A stretch of DNA of 64,000 nt from an uncultured Spirochaetota bacterium (lineage in GTDB: Bacteria > Spirochaetota > Spirochaetia > JAFGXN01). The stretch is taken from positions 28,017 to 92,016 of the forward strand of contig CALXOJ010000001.1 of NCBI GenBank assembly GCA_944390005.1, in the 5' to 3' direction. Of the stretch, positions 1-8,102 are shown piece after piece. Position numbers and translations under genes: made by a program. The notes below the pieces were generated by a model, which saw nothing but the letters and a program-made list of their open reading frames with translations, made no database searches and was not told the origin of the DNA. Each line of letters starts with the position of its first letter. Position 1 is the first letter of the stretch.

Positions 1-36
1 CGCGCCGGCGTCGGTCTGCGTTACCGTTTTCAATAA
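1..36 (+). CDS. 3' end of a partial gene, possibly an outer-membrane beta-barrel protein
   Basis: Frame 1 reads RAGVGLRYRFQ*. The alternating hydrophobic pattern GxGxxYxF resembles a C-terminal beta-signal, and a terminator follows. Confidence 0.4.
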   Translation, partial: RAGVGLRYRFQ

Positions 37-53
37 TTTCTTCGCTTAACCGG

Positions 54-82
54 AAGGGCGCCTCTTTGCGGGGCGCTTTTTT
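54..82 (+). terminator. Intrinsic terminator
   Basis: AGGGCGCCTC-tttgc-GGGGCGCTTT hairpin (with G-U pairs) running into a T tract. Confidence 0.75.
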
Positions 83-97
83 CGTCATTAAATTTGC

Positions 98-126
98 TTG
101 ATTTTAACCGGTTTCTGTATTAATAT
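98..126 (+). promoter_or_regulatory. Possible sigma70 promoter for the cheW operon
   Basis: TTGATT-N17-TAATAT, followed by an AGAGGG RBS before ATG 144. Confidence 0.35.
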
Positions 127-143
127 AAACAGAGGGATTTTGC

Positions 144-614
144 ATGGCTGAAAATACGAATCGCAAATATGTGACCTTTCGGGTCGGAAATGAGGTTTAC
201 GGAATCGACATTATGCTGGTGCATTCGATTGTTGATTATGAAGATGTTCGCTCTATTCCCAATGCACCCGGTTATATTGAGGGACTTTATAACTTGCGGG
301 GAGAGGTTATTCCTGTTATCAATCTTCATCTTCGATTTCAGATTCCGATGGCAGAAACCTCCGATAAAGATGCGCTTGACGGAATCATCATTATTGACAT
401 AAATCATTTTAAAGTCGGATTGGTGGTTGATTCGGTCCTGAAGATCATTGAAATTGATAAGAACGCAATTCAGCAATCATCTGCGGCACAGGATAAGATC
501 GGAAACGCTTATGTCGCCGGCGTGTATATCGATACGAGCGATTACATTGTCATTTTGGAAGCGGAGAAAATTTTTGCGCCGAAAGAGTGGCAGCGTATCT
601 CCGAAATCGGCTGA
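144..614 (+). CDS. cheW: Chemotaxis coupling protein CheW
   Basis: YVTFRVGNEVYGIDI, IPNAPGYIEGLYNLRGEVIPVINL and GLVVDSV motifs. Confidence 0.95.
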   Translation: MAENTNRKYVTFRVGNEVYGIDIMLVHSIVDYEDVRSIPNAPGYIEGLYNLRGEVIPVINLHLRFQIPMAETSDKDALDGIIIIDINHFKVGLVVDSVLKIIEIDKNAIQQSSAAQDKIGNAYVAGVYIDTSDYIVILEAEKIFAPKEWQRISEIG

Positions 615-625
615 CGGAGCTTTAA

Positions 626-1666
626 ATGAAAATTCCGGTATTTAATCCGACTATCCGGCGTAAGGACTTGGATGCGGTTTTGACCTGCATGGTTGACGGT
701 AAATTGGGCGGCGGAGAATCGGTTGATGCGTTGATTGCGATTGTCAGTGAAAAGTTAGGGCATTCCGGCGGTATTGCTGTCCGCGATCCCGGAAAGGGAA
801 TCGGTCTGCTTTTTCGCTTGCTGTGTGCGCAAGAGGGGAAACGTGAAATTGCGGTTTCTGCGTTAGCGCCCGCTTGGTACGGCGATCCGTCGGCGTTAAA
901 GGAAGCCGATCTTAAACTTTGCGACGTTGACGTCAAAACGGCGCTGCTTTCTCCCGAAAGCGTTTCTGAACGGCTTTCGGAAGCGACCGCTGCCGTTATT
1001 TTAACTGACACTTTGGGAACTGTCGCAGATGCGCCGGATTTCGCTGCATTTAAACTTCCGTTGATTCGTGATGTCAGCGCTTCGTTCGGGTTGACTGCCG
1101 TCGATACCGAACAGGAAGGAGGTCGGCCGCTCGGAGAGGATGTCGATTACTGCCTTTTAAGTTTGGAACCGGAGAGCATGGTGACAGGCGGCGGCGGTTT
1201 GATTATCACCGCAAAATCACGCGCGCAGGCAGCCAAACTGAAGCGGTTGCTCTCAGAATACTCTGAACAAACGGTTCTTTCAGATTTAAATGCGTCTCTG
1301 GCTCATATTCAAGTACAAACTTCCGAAGCGGCGATTCACCGGCGGAAGGAGATTTTTTCCATATATATGGCTGCGTTCGCACAGAGCCGAAAAGAGACGC
1401 TGTCGTTTTCTCATCTTTCGGACGGGTTTTATTATGCGTTTCCGGTCTTGGTGGACGTCGATGCGGCGGAAATCATCAAATACGCTTCCAAAAAAGGCGT
1501 CGAGATTCGATTTGCCTTTGAAAAGTCGCTGCTTTCACTTTTTGATGAAAGGGCTTGTCCCGGTGCGTTGAATTTAAAGACCCGCTGTCTGATTTTTCCT
1601 TTATATCCGATGCTGTCGTTGGAGGATTGCAAAGTGATTTCCCGTCTGATAACGACCGTCGCTTAG
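626..1666 (+). CDS. DegT/DnrJ/EryC1/StrS-family aminotransferase-like protein (degenerate active site)
   Basis: Family-like layout: IPVFNPTI, CDVD, SDLNASLA..Q, YYAFPV, LIFPLYPML. The PLP-binding lysine is absent. Confidence 0.75.
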   Translation: MKIPVFNPTIRRKDLDAVLTCMVDGKLGGGESVDALIAIVSEKLGHSGGIAVRDPGKGIGLLFRLLCAQEGKREIAVSALAPAWYGDPSALKEADLKLCDVDVKTALLSPESVSERLSEATAAVILTDTLGTVADAPDFAAFKLPLIRDVSASFGLTAVDTEQEGGRPLGEDVDYCLLSLEPESMVTGGGGLIITAKSRAQAAKLKRLLSEYSEQTVLSDLNASLAHIQVQTSEAAIHRRKEIFSIYMAAFAQSRKETLSFSHLSDGFYYAFPVLVDVDAAEIIKYASKKGVEIRFAFEKSLLSLFDERACPGALNLKTRCLIFPLYPMLSLEDCKVISRLITTVA

Positions 1667-1675
1667 GGAGGGCGG

Positions 1676-2512
1676 ATGACGGTTCTTCTGATTGTCAACC
1701 GCGCTAAACCGGGAGCGGTTGCGTTAATCGATGAAATAACCGCCTTTTGCCGCCGCCGCAACGCGGACACGATTGTTTGTTTTTCTGATGAAGCGGGTGA
1801 AGAAATCGCGCTGTCGGAAAAGATCGGTTTAGTTGTGACATTGGGAGGCGACGGTACGGTCTTGCATACGGCGCGCCGTTTAAAGGGAGAAATTCCGGTC
1901 GCAGCTGTCAATTTGGGAACCGTTGGTTTTATTACCGAATGGAACAGGGACAATTGGCAGACAGCGTTGGAGCTCTTTTTTGATGACCGCGCCGTTTTTT
2001 CACGGCGGCTCATGCTTGCTGTTGAATTGAACAGGAGCGGCGGCACTGTTTTCCGTTCAGCGTTGAACGAAGCGGCGGTTTGTGCCGAGGGGATTGCAAA
2101 ATTGGCATCTTTTGATGTAAAAATCGACGGTTCATTTGTCGGACGCATCCGTGCCGACGGGCTGCTGTGTGCAACGCCGACCGGTTCGACTGCGTATTCG
2201 GCCGCCGCCGGCGGTCCGATTTGCGATCCGGAAACAGAGGTTTTACTGATTACGCCGGTGTGCCCTTATACGCTTTCCGGTCGTCCGTTGGTGGTTCCGT
2301 CACACAAAACCGTAACCATCTCTCCATCTCGGGAGAACAAAACAGAGCTTGTTTTGACTCTTGACGGACAAGAAGCGATTAAATTGAATCAAGAGGATTC
2401 GCTGACTGTCCGAATCGATCAAACAAAGCTGCTTTTGGTAAAAGATTCTGAGCGGCATTTTTACGAAGTTCTGAGAAACAAATTGAATTGGCCGGGAGGA
2501 GCGCATGCTTGA
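1676..2512 (+). CDS. nadK: NAD(+)/NADH kinase
   Basis: LGGDGT, NLGTVGF, LNE and DGLLCATPTGSTAYS motifs. Confidence 0.95.
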   Translation: MTVLLIVNRAKPGAVALIDEITAFCRRRNADTIVCFSDEAGEEIALSEKIGLVVTLGGDGTVLHTARRLKGEIPVAAVNLGTVGFITEWNRDNWQTALELFFDDRAVFSRRLMLAVELNRSGGTVFRSALNEAAVCAEGIAKLASFDVKIDGSFVGRIRADGLLCATPTGSTAYSAAAGGPICDPETEVLLITPVCPYTLSGRPLVVPSHKTVTISPSRENKTELVLTLDGQEAIKLNQEDSLTVRIDQTKLLLVKDSERHFYEVLRNKLNWPGGAHA

Positions 2513-4184
2513 ATCGATTCACATTCGACATTACGCATTGATTCGCGACGAAGAGATCACTTTCGGCCGCGGTTTTACCGTATTGACCGGAGAAACCGGC
2601 AGCGGAAAGACCGTTTTCGCCGGCGCGCTGCGTTTTCTCTTTGGCGCCAAACCGGATACGGGTGTCATTACAGAGGGGGAGGATGAGTGCACGGTTTCCG
2701 GGGTTGTTGACATTGGAAACAACGGCGAGGCGAAAAAATGGCTTTCAGCACACGATTTGGAAGATGAAGACGGCGCTGTGATTCTCCGGCGGGTTTTAAA
2801 GCGTTCGGGAAAGTGTTCACAGACTATTCAGAGTGTTCCGGTAACGCGAAACGATTTAGAGGAATTTTCTTCACTGCTGATTGACGCGCACGCTCAGCAT
2901 GAGCAGATGACATTGTTGAAACCGACGAAACAACGTCAACTGTTGGATCGTTACGCGCGGTGTCTTGATCTTGCTGAAACTGTTGCAGCCGGTTTCAATC
3001 GTCTCTGCGAGCTTCAAAAGCAGCGGGAACGGATGCAGTCGGATGAGCGGGAGCGGGCGCGCGAACTCGATTTGCTGCGTTACGGTGTTGAAGAAATCGA
3101 AGCGGCCGCGCTGAAACCGGGGGAAGAAGAAGAAATTGAGATGCAGCTGAAAGTTTTTTCGCAGTCGGAGAAAATTTTTTCGCAGACAGAGGCGTTTTAT
3201 CGGGCTGTCAATGAGTCGGCCGGGGGAGCGTTAAAGTCCCTCCGCTCCGGATTGCAGGCGCTTCGCCATTTAAGCGGTGTTGACGGACGGCTGGAGAGCG
3301 ACTGCGAGCGTTTTGAGGCGGCATTTTACGAAATCGAAGATGTGGCAAACGGAATTGCTGATTTTGCCGAAAAACTTTCGTTTGATCCGGAAACGTTGGA
3401 TGCATTGCAGCAGCGGCTTCATCAAATTCGAAAACTTGAATCAAAATATGGGGAAAGCGTCGTCGAAGTGACGGAGTATGCCGAAAAAGCCCGTAAACGA
3501 ATTTCCGAACTGGAGAATTACGACAGCGCTTGCGAAGCACTGGAAAAGGAGCAAAAAGAGCTTGAAAACCGTGTTTTGCGGCAGGCAGTCGATCTTTCCC
3601 ATGCGCGGAAGAAGGGGGCGGCTGCCTTGGAGGAGAAAATTCAAGCAATGCTGCGGCCGTTGGGCATGAAAAAAGCGGTTTTTAAAGTCAGGCTGGATCA
3701 GAAAACCAATGAACACGGACAGCCGATTTGTACTGTCAACGGATTTGATACACCGGTTTTCTGTATCGCTCCCAATGAAGGAGAGTCGACGAAGCCGTTG
3801 TCGGCCATCGCTTCGGGAGGAGAGCTTTCTCGCATTCTGTTGGCAGTAAAGTCGGTTTTCGCTTCTGTCGATAATATAGAGACAATGCTTTTCGATGAAG
3901 TTGATTCCGGTGTGGGAGGCGAGGTCGCGTTGACTATTGCTGCCCGGCTAAAGGAGTTGAGCGCCGAGAAACAAGTGCTGTGCATCACTCATTCGGCATC
4001 GATTGCGGCGCAGGCTGACCGTCACATTCTTATCAAAAAAGAGAGCGTCGGTGGTCGTACCGTTACGCATTTGAGTGAAATTGAAGGAGAACAAAGAGTT
4101 TCCGAAATTGCACGTATGTTGGCAGGAAATGCTTCTGCCGATATTTCATTGACCCATGCGAGGGAATTATTGAGGAAGGATTGA
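2505..4184 (+). CDS. recN: DNA repair protein RecN
   Basis: Walker A GETGSGKT, ASGGELSR signature, FDEVDSGVGG, CITH, EIARML; conserved nadK-recN order. Confidence 0.96.
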   Translation: MLESIHIRHYALIRDEEITFGRGFTVLTGETGSGKTVFAGALRFLFGAKPDTGVITEGEDECTVSGVVDIGNNGEAKKWLSAHDLEDEDGAVILRRVLKRSGKCSQTIQSVPVTRNDLEEFSSLLIDAHAQHEQMTLLKPTKQRQLLDRYARCLDLAETVAAGFNRLCELQKQRERMQSDERERARELDLLRYGVEEIEAAALKPGEEEEIEMQLKVFSQSEKIFSQTEAFYRAVNESAGGALKSLRSGLQALRHLSGVDGRLESDCERFEAAFYEIEDVANGIADFAEKLSFDPETLDALQQRLHQIRKLESKYGESVVEVTEYAEKARKRISELENYDSACEALEKEQKELENRVLRQAVDLSHARKKGAAALEEKIQAMLRPLGMKKAVFKVRLDQKTNEHGQPICTVNGFDTPVFCIAPNEGESTKPLSAIASGGELSRILLAVKSVFASVDNIETMLFDEVDSGVGGEVALTIAARLKELSAEKQVLCITHSASIAAQADRHILIKKESVGGRTVTHLSEIEGEQRVSEIARMLAGNASADISLTHARELLRKD

Positions 4185-4972
4185 TGGCGGACGACGAAGA
4201 AGATATCGTTAAAACCGAAACAGCTAAACTGAAAGCCAAAATTGAAGAGCTGCAGAATGCGGTTTCCGAAAGTGAAGCAGCTGCCAAAGCGGCGCAAACC
4301 GATTCGGAACGCATTTCTGCACTGCTGCAGGCGTATGAACTCAGTATTGACTTGGTCGGTTACACTATCATGATCACTGACTTTGCTTATCCGATTACAA
4401 AGGTAAAAAACGAATCTTGGCTGACGGAAGGACGAAAGGTGTGCTTGCGTGCCATCATCATTATGGAAGAATTGGTGACCGGGTTTGTGGAGACAGATTT
4501 TGCTTCGGTTGAGGAGAAGCTGCTGCCGCTGGAAGAAGTGATCGATGACGATGAAAAGTGGCGGCTGGTGCGAAAAACGGGATTCGCCATCAGTACTTTC
4601 TGCGATTCTTTTATGGAAAATTCAAAATGGAAGTGGATTTTGGTTGAAATCCGCGCCCGTTTTGCCGTTATCGTCAAAAATTTAATCAACTATAAGACTT
4701 TTACCGCACTCAATGTGCCGAATCAGCCCGGCTACGAATCGCGTTTTTACCTTGTGGAAACGGCGAAAAAGCTGATGCAGGAAGCTGCCGATAACTACCG
4801 GGAAAAATATGAAATTGCGGGACAGAACATTTCCGACATCAATACTGCCATTCACTACCTTTCGGCACTGAGACAAATTCATGTTTACTTGGGAGAGTCC
4901 GTTCCCGCCGAAGACGTCAAAAAGAGAATCGAAGTGTGGACGGCCAAGATGAAGGACGATTCCCGCAGTTAA
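4184..4972 (+). CDS. Conserved hypothetical helical protein, translationally coupled to recN
   Basis: TGATG overlap with recN; 262 aa with a coiled-coil N-terminus and an all-helical pattern. Confidence 0.8.
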   Translation: MADDEEDIVKTETAKLKAKIEELQNAVSESEAAAKAAQTDSERISALLQAYELSIDLVGYTIMITDFAYPITKVKNESWLTEGRKVCLRAIIIMEELVTGFVETDFASVEEKLLPLEEVIDDDEKWRLVRKTGFAISTFCDSFMENSKWKWILVEIRARFAVIVKNLINYKTFTALNVPNQPGYESRFYLVETAKKLMQEAADNYREKYEIAGQNISDINTAIHYLSALRQIHVYLGESVPAEDVKKRIEVWTAKMKDDSRS

Positions 4973-7218
4973 GACGGGTTGCTCAATCCGAGAATGGTCC
5001 TCAGTTTCCGATAACTTTCATTATCGATGCCGAACGGAAGCGGTGCCGAAAAGACGAAATTCTGTAAAAACGCTTTATTCAGTGTAAGCGGCGATCGGTC
5101 GATGGTTTCGATCGTTTCCATTAAAATTGCCAAATCTTTTCCGTTTTTCTTTTTGTAAATTCGCATCAGTTCATTGTACAAGTATTTATGCAGAGCGATT
5201 TCCAATTCGTATGCAGGATCGGTCATTTCGGAAATTTCTTTCATTCGATGAGTTTTCAAAAGCTGAATGATTTCCTTTCGTCGGTTTCGATAGCGGCAGC
5301 GCGGCGAGCAGAGGTACTGCAGTCGATAAAAAACGACAATAGCGATCGAATCGCGCATGATTGACGGGTTAATGGCATTGATGATCGAAAACGTCTGAAA
5401 AAATCGCCGGCTATTCTTTCTTAAATGCGGAAAAAGCGATTTAATGAATTGACGGATGTGGTGGCTTTCGATGTAGTCGTCAAACGCAAAATCGTCAAAT
5501 TTTTTTGTTTTTCCGTTATTGGAGATTAAGAGGCGAAACGAGTCTCCGGGAAAAGTAAACCGCCAGCGGAGATGAAAAATTTCCGACGTTGAATCTTTTT
5601 TGACAGTCAGTGTGCGCCGTCCGATTTTCAGGAGCGAAAGACCGTTTGAGCGCGTCGGCTTTGAATCAAATCGGCCGAGAAGAATGTAGGCTGCAGCCGC
5701 CTTTTCAACGGAATACTTCTGCGGTTTGACATAACGGTTGAAGATGTCGCGGCCGTTTCCTTGTTCCGGTAAATTGCTTTGCGCTGCGGCCAAGTGAGAG
5801 CAGAGAAGTTCGGTTAAATCTTCGTCCGTATAGCGCCGAAAGATTTCGGCAGCGCGTGCTGCGTAGCACATATTTTGCACCGGTTCGATACCTGAAAGTT
5901 CTGCAAAAAACCATCCGCACGATGTGTACATGAATTGCGCAAGTTTAAATCCTTCAAGAAGATTCAGCAGGTCGATTCGATTGCGTTTTGTATTTTTTTT
6001 CAGGAAACGACCGGCAAATTCTTCCGGTGCTGTTTTGCCGCAAAGCACATCAATGTATTTTTCCGCAACGACCGCAGGCGCTTCCGTTGTCAGTTTAGCG
6101 GTTTCCGCTTCAAACAGAATATCAATTCGTCGGCGGAGAGCGTCGAATGATTCCCTTAAAGGCGTCCGCCACTTTTGATTCCATTCGGAGGGCCCTCCTG
6201 TGGAGCAGCCGCAGTCCTTATACCACCGTGAAACGCCGTGAAAGCAGCTCCACGACGATCCTTTTCCCGCTTCGCCTTTTTGCAAAGAAGCTGTCAGGCT
6301 CGGAGGATTGCGGTCAAGAAAGTATCCATAGTTGGAAAAACGGAACGGTGCGCTCTCTCCATCGGATTCGATTTTTTTTCGCAGCGCAGCAAGGCACATA
6401 TCGGCGTACGCTTCATGATGACCGTAAATTTCGCCGTCAGTGGCAGTATGGAGCAGGGTTCCCGGAGCTTTTTCCGCAAAGTTTTTTAGTTTTTCATAAA
6501 ACGAATCGGCATTTTGCAGATAGTGTCCGAATGAGATGCCTTGCGCCAGAATATGGTTGTAAAAAAATGCAGCCAAGGAGCCGCCGTTGCTTCCTTTTAA
6601 AAGGTAGGCTGATCGGGAAACAGAGAGGGGATCGGTAACTTTTGTCATCTTCCCCGTTTTCGGATCTTCGACCGCCTCAGCTTGCCACGGAGAAAGAATG
6701 ATGAAACGGATGCCGGCCTCAATCAGGCAGTCAACGGTTTCCTGATTGACGGCGGTTTCGGCGAGCCACATTCCTTCCGGGTCCCGGTGAAAGTGAGAAC
6801 GGAAATCTTCGAGTCCCCATTGAATTTGAATTCGTTTGTCGGCGCGGGAGGCAAGCGGCATGATGACGTGGTTATAAACCTGCGCGATGGCGTTGCCGTG
6901 ACCGCCGTTTTTTTGGATGCTGATTTTATCGGCTTCAATAATTTTTTCATAAATATTCGGGCTTTCGGTTTTTAACCAATGCATCAGCGTCGGTCCGAAA
7001 TTGAATGAGAGGATTTCGTAATTATTGGAAATGTCAAGAATTTCACCGTAAGCTCCCAGGTAGCGGGAGTAGCAATTGGCGGCATAACACTCTTGAGTGA
7101 TGCGTTTGTTCCAATCGTGAAACGGCGCTGCGCTCGGTTGGTTGGGAATTAAGCCTGTCCACGGGTTTTCCCGCGGCGGTTGATAAAAATGTCCGTGTAA
7201 GATCAAATCTGTCTGCAT
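4969..7218 (-). CDS. GH57-family glycoside hydrolase with DUF3536 domain
   Basis: HGHFYQPPRENPW, SFNFGPTL, YNHVIMPL, GMWLAETAV (nucleophile Glu), ATDGEIYGHH (acid/base Asp), SWSC.HGV.RW, MYTSCGWFF. Start set at MQTDL (7218). Confidence 0.9.
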   Translation of the reverse strand: MQTDLILHGHFYQPPRENPWTGLIPNQPSAAPFHDWNKRITQECYAANCYSRYLGAYGEILDISNNYEILSFNFGPTLMHWLKTESPNIYEKIIEADKISIQKNGGHGNAIAQVYNHVIMPLASRADKRIQIQWGLEDFRSHFHRDPEGMWLAETAVNQETVDCLIEAGIRFIILSPWQAEAVEDPKTGKMTKVTDPLSVSRSAYLLKGSNGGSLAAFFYNHILAQGISFGHYLQNADSFYEKLKNFAEKAPGTLLHTATDGEIYGHHEAYADMCLAALRKKIESDGESAPFRFSNYGYFLDRNPPSLTASLQKGEAGKGSSWSCFHGVSRWYKDCGCSTGGPSEWNQKWRTPLRESFDALRRRIDILFEAETAKLTTEAPAVVAEKYIDVLCGKTAPEEFAGRFLKKNTKRNRIDLLNLLEGFKLAQFMYTSCGWFFAELSGIEPVQNMCYAARAAEIFRRYTDEDLTELLCSHLAAAQSNLPEQGNGRDIFNRYVKPQKYSVEKAAAAYILLGRFDSKPTRSNGLSLLKIGRRTLTVKKDSTSEIFHLRWRFTFPGDSFRLLISNNGKTKKFDDFAFDDYIESHHIRQFIKSLFPHLRKNSRRFFQTFSIINAINPSIMRDSIAIVVFYRLQYLCSPRCRYRNRRKEIIQLLKTHRMKEISEMTDPAYELEIALHKYLYNELMRIYKKKNGKDLAILMETIETIDRSPLTLNKAFLQNFVFSAPLPFGIDNESYRKLRTILGLSNPS

Positions 7219-7224
7219 GCGCCC

Positions 7225-7252
7225 ATTATACACCATTATTTGAAATTCGCAA
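7225..7252 (-). promoter_or_regulatory. Sigma70 promoter for a probably leaderless DUF3536-GH57 mRNA
   Basis: Minus strand TTGCGA-N16-TATAAT-gggcgc-ATG with no SD. Confidence 0.55.
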
Positions 7253-7293
7253 AAGATTTTTTTTGAGGGAAAACGGAAATAAAATTTTCGGCA

Positions 7294-7322
7294 TTGACAA
7301 AGAAAACGGCGTTATTTATAAT
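7294..7322 (+). promoter_or_regulatory. Perfect-consensus sigma70 promoter
   Basis: TTGACA(7294-7299)-N17-TATAAT(7317-7322); AGGAG RBS before ATG 7371. Confidence 0.85.
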
Positions 7323-7370
7323 TATTGATAGTTGTTCTGTTTAAAAAATCATATCAGGAGTGAGTGACGA

Positions 7371-8078
7371 ATGACTAAGTCGGATTTGCTGAAATTGCCG
7401 CGAAAGAAGCTGGCGGAGATTGCCGAAGAATTTTCTCTCAGCTTGGACGATTACGATTCCAAAGAAGAATTTATCGAAGATCTGTTTGAGGCGGCGGCTG
7501 AAGAGACGCGGGAAAGTTTAAAAGCGAACAATACGGTTTCACAAATTCGTCGTTCAAAATTTGTTTTTAACAGTGAGTTGAGTTTGATTTTATCAAAAAT
7601 CGAATCGGAAAGCTGTGAAAATTCGGCATTGTTTGTCAATACTTTTTTTAAGGCAATTTTGCGGGACAATCAATGGGTTTTTGTTTTGTGGCAAATCTCT
7701 AATGTCGATTCGATGAATTTTCGTCTGAATGATCATGATTACCGGCTTTTAATCCGTGTTTGCGAATGCGAGGCGGAGGGCGATGCTTTGAAATTGGTGG
7801 ATGATTTTGAGATTGAAGTGCTGGCAACCGATTCGACTCACTATATCAACCTCCCGCATCAAAATCGTTATTATTATATGGAACTTTTCTGCGTGCGTGA
7901 TTCTTCCCGAATCATGTTGGCCCGCACCAATACGGTTTTTTCTCCGCAGTTGAGATTTGATAATTCGAGCGGTTTCGTTAATATTGATTCACTCTTAATT
8001 TCAAATAAAATATACGAAAGTGTTATTTGTCCTCCGCCGGAGTCCGATTCTTCGGCTCAAAAAATTATTCGAGATTGA
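7371..8078 (+). CDS. DUF4912 domain protein with an N-terminal Rho-N-like helical domain
   Basis: KSDLLKLPRKKLAEIAEEF..SKEEFIEDL; ILRDNQWVFVLWQI; YINLP..YYMEL..LARTN; adjacent to a GH57 gene. Confidence 0.75.
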   Translation: MTKSDLLKLPRKKLAEIAEEFSLSLDDYDSKEEFIEDLFEAAAEETRESLKANNTVSQIRRSKFVFNSELSLILSKIESESCENSALFVNTFFKAILRDNQWVFVLWQISNVDSMNFRLNDHDYRLLIRVCECEAEGDALKLVDDFEIEVLATDSTHYINLPHQNRYYYMELFCVRDSSRIMLARTNTVFSPQLRFDNSSGFVNIDSLLISNKIYESVICPPPESDSSAQKIIRD

Positions 8079-8102
8079 AGCAGATAAGGGAGATTTTCCG
8101 CT

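Noticed and set aside
4969-4972. Convergent genes sharing a TTAA stop with no terminator, as antisense regulation
   Set aside because: This is common in compact genomes and there is no further evidence.
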